Source: Octopus sinensis (lineage: Eukaryota). Taken from it: a stretch of 48,022 nt of DNA. Shown piece by piece: positions 24,979 to 38,140 of this stretch (position 1 is the stretch's first letter; each line of letters starts with the position of its first letter). Made by a program: the position numbers and the translations under genes. The notes below the pieces were generated by a model. The model searched no databases. It saw only the letters and a program-made list of their open reading frames with translations, and was not told where the DNA came from. The DNA lies in contig NW_021834422.1 of NCBI RefSeq assembly GCF_006345805.1, forward strand, positions 1 to 48,022, written 5' to 3'.

Positions 24979-25749
24979 AGGGATATGCAGGTGTGTGTGT
25001 GTGTGTGTGTCTGTGTGTGATGCAAAATATGTATGTGTTGTGTGTGCTGTGCGTAGCAGTATCTCTGTGTGTGTAGTTTATAGTGTGTGTGTGGGTAATG
25101 TGTGTAATGAGTGTTTGGGTGTGTGTGTGTGTGCATATGTTTGGTGAATAGTGTGTGCATGTGTGGTGTGTAGTGAGTGCGTGTGTGTGGTGAGTAGTTT
25201 TGTAATGTGTGTGTGTATATATATATATGAGTGTGTGTAATGAATGTGTTCGTGGTGTGTGTGCGTGTGTGTGTGATTGGTAGTTTGTAGTGTGTGTGTA
25301 TGTATGTGGTGCGTAGTATGTGTGTGACGGTGTGTGTGCATGGTGTGTAGTGCGTATGTGTGTGTGTGCATGGTGTGTAGTGTGTGTGTGGCGAGTAGTG
25401 TGTGAGCATATATGTGTGTGTTTGTGTGTGCATGTATAATGAGTGTGTTTGTGGTGTGTGTGCTTGCATGTGTGTGTGCGTGTGTGTGTGGTGGGTAGTT
25501 TATAGTGAGTGTGTGTATGTGTGATGTGTAGTGTGTATGTGTGGTTAGTAGTGTGTGTGTATGCATATATGTGTGCATGTGTGAGTGATATGTGTATGTG
25601 ATGTGTGTGTGTGTGTGTGTGAGTGCATATGTAGTGTGTAGTCTGTGTGTGTGTGTGTGTGTCTAGTGTGTAGTGGGTATAAAGCTATGATGAGATTCCG
25701 CTCATGTTTTAGCAAGTCTTGCACATGTGTAGCAACCTACAACAGTATC

Positions 25750-26738
25750 ACCACCACCACCACCACCACCACCACCACCACCACCACCACCACCACCACC
25801 ACCACAACTACCACCACCACCACCACCACCACCACCACCACCACCACCACCACCGCCACCACCACCATCACCATGGTCATCATCATCATCATCATAACCA
25901 CCACCATCAGCGTAACTATTGTCTTTGATGTCGTCATTGTCACCATCATCATCACTATCATCATCACTGTCATCATCATCACTATTATCATCATCATCCT
26001 CACCACCACACCACCACCACCACCACCATCATCACCCCACCACCACCACCACCACCACCACCACACCACCACCACCACCACCACCACCACCACCACCACC
26101 ACCACCACCACCATCATCACCACCACCACCACCCACCACCACCACCACCACCACCACCACCACCACCACCACCACCACCACCACCACCATCATCACCACC
26201 ATCATCACCACCACACCACCACCACCACCACCACCACCACCACCACCATCATCACCACCACCACCACCACCACCACCACCACCACCATCATCATCATCAC
26301 CACCACCACCACCACCACCACCACCACCACCACCACCATCATCACCATCATCACCACCACCAACCACCACCACCACCACCACCACACCACCATCATCACC
26401 ACCACCACCACCACCACCACTACCACCACCACACCACCACCACCACCACCCACCACCATCATCACCACCACCACCACCACCACCACTACCACCACCACCA
26501 ACACCACCACCACCACCACCACCACCACCACCACCACCACCACCACCACCACATCATCACCACCACCACCACCACCACCACTACCACCACCACCACCACA
26601 CTACCACCACACCACCACCACCACCACCACCACCACCACCCAACCACCACCACCACCACACCACCACCATACCACCACCAACCACCACCACCACCCACCA
26701 CCACCACCACCACCACCACTACCACCACCACCACCACC

Positions 26739-26771
<33 letters not shown>

Positions 26772-27103
26772 ATCATCACCATGTCTTTGGTACATCATCC
26801 TCAATCGCCCTCAAACATGACAATGCCATCATTTACAAGTCAGCTTCCCCCCACCCCACCACCACCACCACCACCACCACCACCACCACCAACAACAACA
26901 ACGACAATAGCAAAAACAAAACGAGAACGCGACCACGTCGTCGGAATCAGCCATGATAACGCTATATAATACTGTATAAGGCTGTAGAGCGTCTGCTACT
27001 ACAACAGACTACTGCAGTGGTGGTCGTGGCGGGGAGGCAGCATCTGTTGCATTGCAATAGCAACAGTTGGCACTGGAGGCAGCGACTACAACAGCAGCAA
27101 CAA

Positions 27104-27148
<45 letters not shown>

Positions 27149-29400
27149 CAACAACAACAACAGGAATATTACCAACTGCAGCCGTAACAAACACAAATGC
27201 GATACATACACCACATGCATGCGCCACTACTAGCACCTCCACCACCATCATACCATCATACCATCACTGCCACCACCATACTGCTACCATCACCACCATT
27301 ATACCATTATACCTTTATGCTACCCCTGCCACCACCATACTGCCACTGCTACCGCCATACTACTACCATCACCACCACCATACTGCTACCATCACCACCA
27401 CCACCACCATACCGCTACCACCACCACCATACCGCTACCACCACCATCATACCATCACTGCCACCACCATACTGCTACCATCACCACCATTATACCATTA
27501 TGCTACCACTGCCACCACCATACTACCACTGCTACTGCCATACCACTACCATCACCACCACTTTACTGCTACCATCACCACCTTCATACCATCACTGGCA
27601 CCACCATCATACCATCACTGGCACCACCATTATACCATTACTGCCACCACCTTACTGCTATCATCACCACCACCATACTACCACTGCCACCACCATACCG
27701 CTACCATCACCATCATACCACCACTGCCACCACCATATTGCTATCGTCACCACCATTATACCATTACTGCCACCATCGTACTGCTACCATCACCACCACT
27801 ATATTACCACTGCCACCACCATACCGCTACCATCACCACCATCATACCACCACTACCACCACCTTACTGCTATCGTCACCACCATTATACCATTACTGCC
27901 ACCATCATACCGCTACCATCACCACCACCATACTACCACTGCCATCACCATACGGCTACCATCACCATCATACCATCACTGCCACCACCATACTGCTACC
28001 ATCATCACCATTAAACCACCACTGCCACCAGCATACTGCTACCATCGCCATCATACTATCACTGCCACCGCCATATTGCTATCATCACTACCATTATACC
28101 ATTACTGCCACCATCATACCGCTACCATCACCATCATACCACCACTGCCACCACCATACCACTACCGTCACCATTTTACTATCACTGCCACCAGCATACT
28201 GCTACCATCACCACCACCATACTACCACTGCTACCACCATACCGCTAACATCACCACTACCTTACTGCTACCATCACCACCATTATACCACTGCTGCCAC
28301 CATTATACCGCCACCATCACCACCATATTACCACTGCCACCAACATACTGCTACCATCACCACCATCATACCACCACCACCACCACCACCACCACCATAC
28401 CGCTACCATCACCACCACCATACTACCACACTGCCACCACCCACTACCATCAGCACCATCATACCACCACTGCTGCCTTCGTTACCATCACTACCACCAC
28501 TATCACTATCACTACTACCACCATGCCATTACCACTACCACTATACCACTACCATTAACACCACAGAACCACCCAACCATACTGCCAAATTGCTACTACC
28601 ATCATCGTACCACTGTTACCATCATCACAACCCCCGAACACCATTATACCACCACCAACTCCACTGCCACAACCACCATCATACCACCCTCACCACCACC
28701 ACCACCACCACCACAACACCCTTACCATCATGTCACTACCATACCACAAACACCATCACCTACCACTACAATCATACCACCATTCCACCACTATACTGCC
28801 ATCAGTTCTACTACCATCACCATTTATGCTATCACCACCACAACCACCCACCACCATTACCATCACACTAACATTAACATTGTACAATCAACACTATACC
28901 ATCATCATCATCACCACTATCACCACCACTACCACTGCTACCACCATACCGCTGACACTGTACGACGACCACCACCACCCCATGTCCCTTGCCACCACTA
29001 TCAGCACCACTGTTGCCACCACCATACCCTCTCAGTACCATCACAGTACTACACTACCACCAACACTGGTGATGATAGTGGTGGAGGTGGGGGTGCTAGT
29101 GCTGATAGTTGTGTGGTGGTGGTGATTATGTGGTAGTGGTGATGGTGGTGGGGATTGTCTGGAGGTGGTGGTGGTACTACACTAGCACCATATCCTCCCG
29201 ATACCATCACAGTACTACACTACCACCAACACTGGTGATAATAGTGGTGGGGGTAGGAGTATTAGTGCTGATACTTGTGGTGTGGTGGTGGTGGTAGTGG
29301 TAGTGGTGGTGGTGGTGGTGATTGTGTGGTAGTGGTAGTGGTACCACACTACCACCGTACCCTCCCAATGCCATCAGTACTACACTACACTACCACCAAC
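25750..29400. repeat. About 3.6-kb degenerate (CAC/CAT/TAC)n low-complexity block with terminal strand flips
   Basis: Direct reading of the sequence. Confidence 0.95.
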
Positions 29401-29638
29401 GCTGTATCCTCATCCTGCCCACCATCGTTGCCCACAAATACCACTGCCATCATAGCAACCGCCCACACACACTGTGGAAGGTGCATTTATAAACCTGTAA
29501 GTGGGCAAGTCGAACACTGAACATAGCACCTTGTTGCATTAATATGTACACATTTGTATACATACATACATACATACATACATACATACATACATACATG
29601 CATACATACATACACACATACATGCATACATACATACA

Positions 29639-29672
<34 letters not shown>

Positions 29673-29959
29673 CATAGGTGCAGGAGTGGCTGTGTGGTAA
29701 GTAGCTTGCTTACCAACCACATGGTTCAGTCCTGCTGTGTGGCACCTTGGGCAAGTGTCTTCTACTATAGCCTCGAACCAACCAAAGCCTTACTTGCACC
29801 TATACATAAATGCATGCATGCATACATACATTACTTTCAATACATCCATAAATTGATTACATTCGTACATCCATATATTCATGCATTCATGCATTCCATA
29901 CATACATACATACATTGATACATATCTCAGTCTCTCTATATATATTCATATACACATTC

Positions 29960-29975
29960 AAACATATCATCATTG

Positions 29976-30008
<33 letters not shown>

Positions 30009-30010
30009 CC

Positions 30011-30101
<91 letters not shown>

Positions 30102-30178
30102 CTGTCATCACCGTCATCACCATCATCACCATCATCATCATCATCATCATCGTCGTCGTCGTCATCATCATCATCACC

Positions 30179-30263
<85 letters not shown>

Positions 30264-30480
30264 CTGTCATCACCGTCATCACCATCATCACCATCATCAT
30301 CATCATCATCATCGTCGTCGTCGTCATCATCATCATCACCATTATCATCATCTATATATATATTCGTATACACATTCAAGCATATCATCATTGTCATCAT
30401 CACCATCATCACCATCATCATCACCACCATCATCATCATCATCATCAACATCATCACCATCATCATCATCATCATCTTCA
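29960..30480 (+). repeat. (CAT)n compound tract with internal duplication; similar tracts at 23765-23870 and 36005-36430
   Basis: Direct reading of the sequence. Confidence 0.95.
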
Positions 30481-31139
30481 ATTTACCATCTACTTTTTCT
30501 ATGCTTGCATGGACCAGACAAGACTACCTTGGAATAGCCTCCTTTCCTGGTGCCGACCAAACGGCATCTGTTTCCAAGCAAGGAAATAATCCCTCCACTC
30601 AGTCTTGCCAAACAACTAAAAACAGTCTGGACGTTGTTGTGCAGAAAACAGGAAACAAAGCGACACCATTATGTATGAGCCTTTTGTTTACAACCAGTAA
30701 TCAAATGTGAAGACAAAAGATAAGTATGAACACACCCATGTGGACATGTATAGAAGGATGCACAAGCATACATACACACACAGGGGACTTCTTCAGTTTC
30801 TTTTAACTAATTTCGCTCACAAGATATTGGCTGACCTGTGGTTATAGTTCTGAACATCAGCAGGGACTGAACCCCTGGCCACATGGTTGGGAAATAAACT
30901 TCTTTACCATGCAGCCATGTCTGCATGTCTGTGCCTACATACACACATGGTGGCTGCTCCCTCATTATCGAGTATGGCCATTGCACGAAGCTTAATCAAT
31001 GTTGTTATCGTGCAATGCCTGTGCAAGAAGATTTTCTTTAAAGTGAGGAAAGGCTGTGCACTGAGTCAATCCCACTCACTAAGCAACAGCAGCCATAATC
31101 TGAAAAGAAGAACAAGTCAACATCATCGGTAACCACTGA

Positions 31140-31470
31140 GCTGCAGTTATCCCAGTTACCTGAGTTACCTTCTCCTAGAAGGATGCCCTAACAAAGGCTA
31201 GGAGTCCTTCACTCCCAATGGTTTAACCATGCGATCGGGTATTCAGTCCAATTATTTCTATGTCCCCACGCATGATACAGCCTTAAGACATTTATTGGAT
31301 GGCCGTTGACTCTCAAGAGTTCCTCTGCCCTTTGACGGGTTTTGTTTATCATCCCACAGGGTGTCCAATAAACACCCTCCTCACCAAGCAAGCTTGGTGG
31401 GGTTGCCGGTTTAGTTGCCAACGACCTGACCATGCAACAGGTTGTACTGGGTTGCATGTTACCAGTAGCA
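31140..31470 (-). mobile_element. Unclassified repeat, probably LINE (RTE-like) 5' region
   Basis: GGCAACTAAACCGGCAACCCCAC and TAGGAGAAGGTAACTC motifs recalled from RTE 5' UTRs; not verified. Confidence 0.35.
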
Positions 31471-31555
31471 CATACATACATACATACATATATACATACA
31501 TACATACACACTCACACACACACATATACATGCACACAAGGTACTACTGTGGTTT

Positions 31556-31606
31556 GTGCCTGATGAATATGTGGTATTTCTCAACATATGAAACTATTAG
31601 TAGCCC
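31556..31606 (+). ncRNA. Type I hammerhead ribozyme motif
   Basis: GUGC-CUGAUGA-AUAUGU[11 nt]ACAUAU-GAAA-CUAUUAG-UA|GCCC. Perfect 6-bp stem II, GUA triplet, one mismatch in stem I. Confidence 0.65.
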
Positions 31607-32511
31607 TTAAAAACATGTATTGTGTCTATTAAATGGTATATTTTTTATCACCTTCAACTGAATACCAATGCAGAAAGCTTGTTTGAATCAGTTCACTCTG
31701 AAAATGTCGTGAGTGATGGTCCCTTGATGAAATTGCAATGGCTAGAATGCATAATTACGTACAGAGGAATGTGCAGTCACAGCAATTGAAACATATGTAG
31801 GTCAGAGATATATATATATGGTGTAGGAAACTTTTTGATAAAATGTTTTGGATGTGAATAAATCTTCACTCTCCTCTTCGTTATCAATGTTATCAAATAC
31901 TCTATGGAATATTTGCAATTCTAAATAAGGACATGGGATTGCCTAATGAGTGGAGTTACCAATAACAGTATCTCTTTCTAAGCTTTAGTACAATATAATG
32001 GACCGTTGTGGATAACCAGCATCTAAATCAATTCGAGAGATAATAGAATATCCATCAGGATAACTTACACCTTTTATACTCTCTCCCTCTCTCTCTCTAT
32101 ATATATACATATATATATATATAGAAAAATGGTCAAAACTCACACAGGAACTTAGTTTGATTTGAAAACCCCACTAGAATAGGAGAAAGCGCTAATGATC
32201 TAAGTGATATGATATATATATAAAAAATGTAATATACCAATAAATATCTGTAAATATAAACCATCCGATCTTCTGAGTACCTCATTTCTTCTAACATATA
32301 TATATATATAATATATATATATATATATACTCTTTTACTCTTTTACTTGTTTCAGTCATTTTATTGTAGCCATGCTGGAGCAAATCGACCCCAGGACTTA
32401 TTATTTGTAAGCCTAGTACTTATTCTATTGGTCTGTTTTGCCGAACCGCTAAGTTACGGGGGACGTAAACACACCAGCATCAGTTGTCAAGCACACAAAC
32501 ATACACACACA

Positions 32512-32546
<35 letters not shown>

Positions 32547-32750
32547 CGATAGGTGAATGAATTATCCTATGTTTACCGTCAACATGGAAAATTCGATGAA
32601 CCGATACCAGGGTAGCAAATTCACGTCAGAAACACGGTTGAAGTGACCTATCCAAAAGTAGAAACTCCGGGTTCATCTGCAGAAATTTGTGTTATATACG
32701 AATAAATAAATAAATGGAGTTGAACGAAGATGTTAGCAAAATTCCTTTAA

Positions 32751-32830
32751 CTTCGACATATGTTTCAAAGACAACATGGTTTTATTCCAAAGGAATAAAC
32801 AGTGTAAGAGGCAATCTTCTCATCAGGAAA
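32751..32830 (-). ncRNA. Type I hammerhead ribozyme (Penelope-associated), apparently intact
   Basis: Minus strand: UUUC-CUGAUGA-GAAGA[43 nt]UCUUU-GAAA-CAUAUG-UC|GAAG. Stems I and II pair, stem III is palindromic, cleavage triplet GUC. Confidence 0.75.
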
Positions 32831-33116
32831 GAAAGGGAGCCTCTCTCAACAACAAGACATTAATAACAATTACGATGACTGCCTACATGATAAACAAAAC
32901 GTTAATAAGTGTTTTTAAAAAAACCGTTAGTAAAATTGACGACAAAGTTAGATAGTAGGAAGAGAAGGGTTAAAGGAATAATAAGTAGGGAACAAATAGA
33001 GAGGGAGGGGTACGTTGATTAAAGGAATGTTCAAAGGCTGAGGAAAGAATTTCTCTATTGAAGTGGAGTGCATTTTAAACTAATTGTTCAAACTATAATG
33101 ACTATCGAAATCATTT

Positions 33117-34748
33117 ATGAGTAAAAGGTATGTTTCTGCCAGTGTTTACATTTGTACGATTTCCCTATAAGTGTGTTTACAAGGGGATCCTTAGAGAAGA
33201 GAATATGGAAGAGTTCAGAGTTGCAAATGTTACAAAATCTCCTGCCCTTATCAAAATAAAGGATACAGACAGTATGAACCAATCTAACTTAAAATCTATA
33301 TTGTTGTCTTTAAGACGCCAAACTAATTTACTTAGCCCTGTACTATGTCGTTTTTTACTATCCCTAAATGATGAATAATAGTTTGAAATTCTCTTGGATA
33401 ACTGGGAAGTGGACGCACCTATATAGAAGAAGACATCGGTACCGGAAGAAATTTTACACTGGTATATAGAATTCTTAATCTTAGAATTATTAGACAAAAC
33501 TTTAATTCTGTTGGGGTTGTCCTCCGAGATCGAAACGAAGTTTTTATTGCTCTGATTGTTGTTACTATTATTATTACCACCACTAACAACACTATTCCTA
33601 TTATTATTAGTATTAATATTGTTAATACAACTAATAATACTATCAACACTAATACCGTTATTATTATTATTAACATAACCATTGTTATTAACACGACTAT
33701 TACTATTATTATTATTATCATTGTTATCACCATCACTATTACCATCACTATTATTATTAATACTATTCTTCTTATTATTATTGTATGAAGGGTTGGAATT
33801 AGCAAGATTAGTGTTGGAACTCCTGGGTGAAGAACCTTTATTTAGCAGCTTGGTATTGTGAGAAGATATAATTTGTGAAAGATTTCTAGTGTTAGAGAAA
33901 GCGATTCTAACTATGTGGGAATTGATAATCGAATAATATCTAGAATTTTTGGGAAAGTTCCAAGCAACAGCTTCACAGAACTGCAATGGAAGGTTCGATT
34001 TGATTTGTTTTCCGAAAGGGATTACGAACCAGATACTATTCTTAGTGACTTTTGAATTGTACTTAGTGTTATTTGTGAAAGTAGGGGGAAGATTTCTGGG
34101 TTGGAAATTTGGGGTTAAATAGCACTTACCTCCCCTGGTCCGTAAAGAATTTATATTATGTATTGGGCTGCCTAGCACGCCGGGCGAAATGCGTAACCGT
34201 ATTTCGTCTGCAGATATGTTCTGAGTTCAAATTCCGCCAAGGTTGACTTTGCCTTTCATCCTTTCGGGGTTAATTAAATAAGTACCAGTTACGCACTGGG
34301 GTCGATGTAATCGACTTAATCCGTTTGTCTGTTCTTGTTTGTCCCCTCTATGTTTAGCCCCTTGTGGGCAGTAAAGAAATATATTCCTATTACAAATATA
34401 TATTTTATCTGGAGAAGCAGATGTAGGTTTAGAATGAGCAGAATCGATGTATGACATTTTCTCTTTATAGCCAGCTGTTAACAAGGCAGTGTTATAGAAG
34501 TCTGCCTTTTGGTTAAAAATGTCAACATTGGCAGATAATTTAGACAGTCTAAGAGATATGTTTTTGATTAAGTTATCGGTAACTGCCCTGCCGTGATTAC
34601 TGTAAAGTCTAATATACTTAAGATTCGTGGAAGGTTTATGATATGGGAAGTATGAGTTATTCTGTAAATTGAGGGTAATGTCTAAGAAGTTGGGTTTAAT
34701 TAACTCATCATCAAAAACGATGTGCAAGCCCATTCTACTAAAAAACCT
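33117..34748 (-). mobile_element. Penelope-like retroelement relic (RT thumb + GIY-YIG endonuclease)
   Basis: NFLDITLNL...YHKP...SNH (RT C-terminal part), IWFVIPF...NFPK...IISSHN (linker), IYQC...YIGAS...KRISNY (GIY-YIG). A frameshift near 33270 restores FCNICNSE...CKH. Interrupted by a SINE at 34173-34381. Confidence 0.85.
34173..34381 (+). mobile_element. SINE A1 inserted in the Penelope relic
   Basis: Family match, slightly 5'-truncated. Confidence 0.9.
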
Positions 34749-34846
34749 GATGATGATGATGATGATACACACACACACACACACACACACATATAGTGTG
34801 AATTTACAAAAAAACAAAAGACGAAGATGGGTGTGTGTAAACAACA

Positions 34847-34879
<33 letters not shown>

Positions 34880-34882
<3 letters not shown>

Positions 34883-35450
34883 AACCCCTATCTTGCCCAG
34901 GATATCAATCGTCTGGAAGCCGTTAAGCGATGTGCAACCAAAAGAATACCCTCCATCAGGCATTTGCCATATCCTGAACGCCTTACTTCCCTGGGCATGG
35001 ACACATTGAAACTCCGACGTCTGGCAGCTGACTTGGCAGACACCCATAAAATTATCAACCATCGTACAAACAATAACTCTGAGCACCTTTTCAAACTCCA
35101 CCCGTCTAACACCCGTGGACATATTTACAAAGTCAGAAAGCAGCACAGCTCTCATGACTTTCGGAAACATTTTTTCATGCTAGGAGTTGCTGAAGTATGG
35201 AACAAACTGCCGGCATCAGTTGTTAGTTGTCGGAGTACTGCATCCTTCAAAACTTCCATGCTTTCTGAGATTCGCCAACACTACACCTGATTTTCTCCCC
35301 TCCATACACACGCAAGCATGTATCTGACTCATACACTGTCCGCTTTCCAGACATTTGTACATTACTGCATATGCTTTATATGCACTTTCTGACAAGTTGT
35401 GGTGCACCTGAGCACTGTATACAATAATTTCATTATTATTATTATTATAT
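34880..35450 (+). mobile_element. CR1-clade LINE 3' end
   Basis: YPERLTSLGMDTLKLRRLAADL...TRGHIYKV...RKHFF...VWNKLP is the typical CR1 ORF2 C-terminus; followed by a 3' UTR and an (ATT)n tail. Confidence 0.85.
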
Positions 35451-36209
35451 ATATATATACATGTATGCAAATCTCAGTTTTTTTACTTGTTTCAGTCTCT
35501 TGTCTGCAGCCATACTGGGGCACCACCTTGAAGGGTTTTAGTTGAACAAATTCACTATTGTATATATTCTTTTATTCTTATACTTGTTTCAGTCATTTTG
35601 ACTTTGCCTTTCATTCTTTGCCTTTCATCCTTTCCGGGTCAATGAAATAAGTATCAGTTGAGCATTGGGGGTCACTATAACCGACTAGCCCCCTTGTGCC
35701 TATAGTAGAAAGGATATCAAGGAAAGAGACCCTGAACCCTAGCTGGAACAATTGCAGTGTAAACAATTCTTAGTTACTCATAATGAGATTATTTTCTTCC
35801 CTTGTACCGACATCATGGTTTACACCACATGGCTATGCAGGACATGCAAACCAAAATCAAAACCTGATTCCACCAGACACTGGTTCCCTCACTGATTCAA
35901 GACAGCTTCTCCCAGCATTCCATCAGTATCTGGCATTGCTGACTGTGCTGAGTGTCAAATCCCATTTGGCTGCCAAATGTCTGAAACAAGTAGACTCTCT
36001 CGTTTATCATCACCATCATCATCCTCGTCATCATCATCATCATCGTCATCATCATCATAATCGTCATCATCATCATCATCATCATCATCATCGTCATCAT
36101 CATCACCATCTTCATCATCATCATCATCTTCATCATCATCATCATCTTCATCATCATCGTCATCGTCATCATCATCACCATCATCATCTTCATCATCACC
36201 ATCATCATC

Positions 36210-36268
<59 letters not shown>

Positions 36269-36684
36269 TGTCGTCGTCGTCATCATCGTCGTCATCATCA
36301 TCATTGTCATAATCATTGTCATCGTCGTCATCACCACCACCACCACTGCCATTATCATCATCATCGTCATTGTCGTCGTCGTCGTTGTCGTCATCATCAT
36401 CATCATTATCATCATTATCATCACCATCATCGTTTATCATCTGTTTTCCATGCTGGCAGGGATAGGATGGTTTGACAGAAGCTGGCAAGTCAGAAGATTG
36501 CCCCAAGCCCTGCTGTCTGCTTTGGCATGGTTTCTACAGCTGGATGCCCTTCCTAATGCCAACCACTTTACAGAAGTGGACTGGGTGCTTTTTAGCAACT
36601 TTTAGTAACTTGCAAGACAAGACTCCTCAACTTGGAAGAGCAGTGATGAGAACCAATAAAGGTGTCTTGCATCAGAGGAAAGAC

Positions 36685-37001
36685 GACTGCCATGAGATTG
36701 CACCTAGAGAGTTACCCTCCTAGGCACAAGTCCGGGCTAGGTTGTTTATGGAAGACCAGCAATCACCCATGTGTACCAGCCTCCCCTCTCCACGCCACCA
36801 ATGTTATCCAAGGGAAAGGCAAAGGGGCCGATACAGCTTGGCACCAGTGATGTCGCAAATCATTTCTATAGCTGAGTGAACTGAAGCAACGTGAAATAAA
36901 GTGTCTTGCTCAAGAACACAACATACAGCCCGGTCCGGGAAACGAACTCACAACCTCACGACCATAAGCTCGATGCTCTAACCACTGAGCCATGCACCTT
37001 C
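36685..37001 (-). mobile_element. SINE D
   Basis: Reverse complement of 23967-24302. Confidence 0.85.
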
Positions 37002-37048
37002 ACATGTGAAAACAATAACTAGTCAGGAATTATAAAGGTCAAAACTAC

Positions 37049-37060
37049 CTGATATGTAAC
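37049..37060 (-). CDS. Candidate 12-nt frame-preserving microexon (VTYQ)
   Basis: TGTTTCTGCATTTCTCAG|GTTACATATCAG|GTAGTT; U-rich upstream tract with TGC motifs; length is a multiple of 3. Confidence 0.2.
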
Positions 37061-37257
37061 CTGAGAAATGCAGAAACATACAACATGCTCCTTCAATATA
37101 TACCATTATTCAAAAAATACCATTATTCAAAAAAGACCCAAGAACATAGAAGAAGGATATGACTCACTCAAAATATTTAAATGCAAAAGAAAAGCAAAAA
37201 CCCCCCAAAATAATTACTTAGCAGTACTAAATTATTTATGTAAATTATAACTCTTAG

Positions 37258-37672
37258 ACTTTACTCTTTTACTCTTTTACTTGTTTCAGTCATTTGACTG
37301 TGGCCATGCTAGAGCACAGCTTTTAGTCGAGCAAATCGACCCCAGGACTTATTCTTCGTAAGCCTTGTACTTATTCTATCGGTCTCTTTTGCCGAACTGC
37401 TAAGTGACGGAGACATAACCACACCAGCATCGGTTGTCAAGCGATGCTAGGGGGACAAACACAGACACACAAAAATACACACACACATATATATATATAT
37501 ATACATATATACGACGGGCTTCTTTCAGTTTCCGTCTACCAAATCCACTCACAAGGCTTTGGTTGGCCCGAGGCTATAGTAGAAGACACTTGCCCAAGAT
37601 GCCACGCAGTGGGACTGAATCCAGAACCATGTGGCTGGTAAGCAAGCTAATTACCACACAGCCACTCCTACG
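37258..37672 (-). mobile_element. SINE B
   Basis: Family match. Confidence 0.9.
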
Positions 37673-38073
37673 CTTAAAAAAACTCGGTCATCCTAACTAT
37701 GGAATCAGCCCTAGTTTTATTGAAGGCACATTGTATGAATTCAAAGCTGGACGAATATTTACTGGAAAGATTTCTACCTAATTTCAATCCATCTGTTGAG
37801 TCACAAGGTTTGGGTTGGTCCTATGATGTGGTAAAGGCTCCTTCCTGAGTTATGAAGCAGTGGGATTGAACCCAGGACCTTGTGATCGTGAAGTGAACTC
37901 CTTAACCACTCAACTATGTGTCTGTACATACATTCATATAATTCTAGGTGTGTGTGTGTGTATACAGACACTATATACACACATATGTGCACACACATAC
38001 ACGTGCATGCACATACATACGTGTGCACATACACGCACACACAGAGAAACATGTATGTGTGCATGTATGTATG

Positions 38074-38107
<34 letters not shown>

Positions 38108-38140
38108 TGTATGTATGTATGTATGTATGTATTATGTAAT

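Noticed and set aside
27060-27200. (CAG/CAA)n tract and the similar CpG-rich repeat at 6690-6830 as polyQ/polyT coding exons
   Set aside because: No convincing splice sites or start context; they merge directly into low-complexity DNA.
31330-31470. Possible HDV-like ribozyme in an RTE-like 5' region (several hairpins, GGCAACTAAA)
   Set aside because: I could not build the nested double pseudoknot, and the 5' part is lost to a microsatellite.
35897-35980. Apparent acceptor followed by TFGSQ... as Nav2 exon 3
   Set aside because: The acceptor is a SINE-tail remnant (TACTTGTTTCAG); no Nav similarity, and an early stop.
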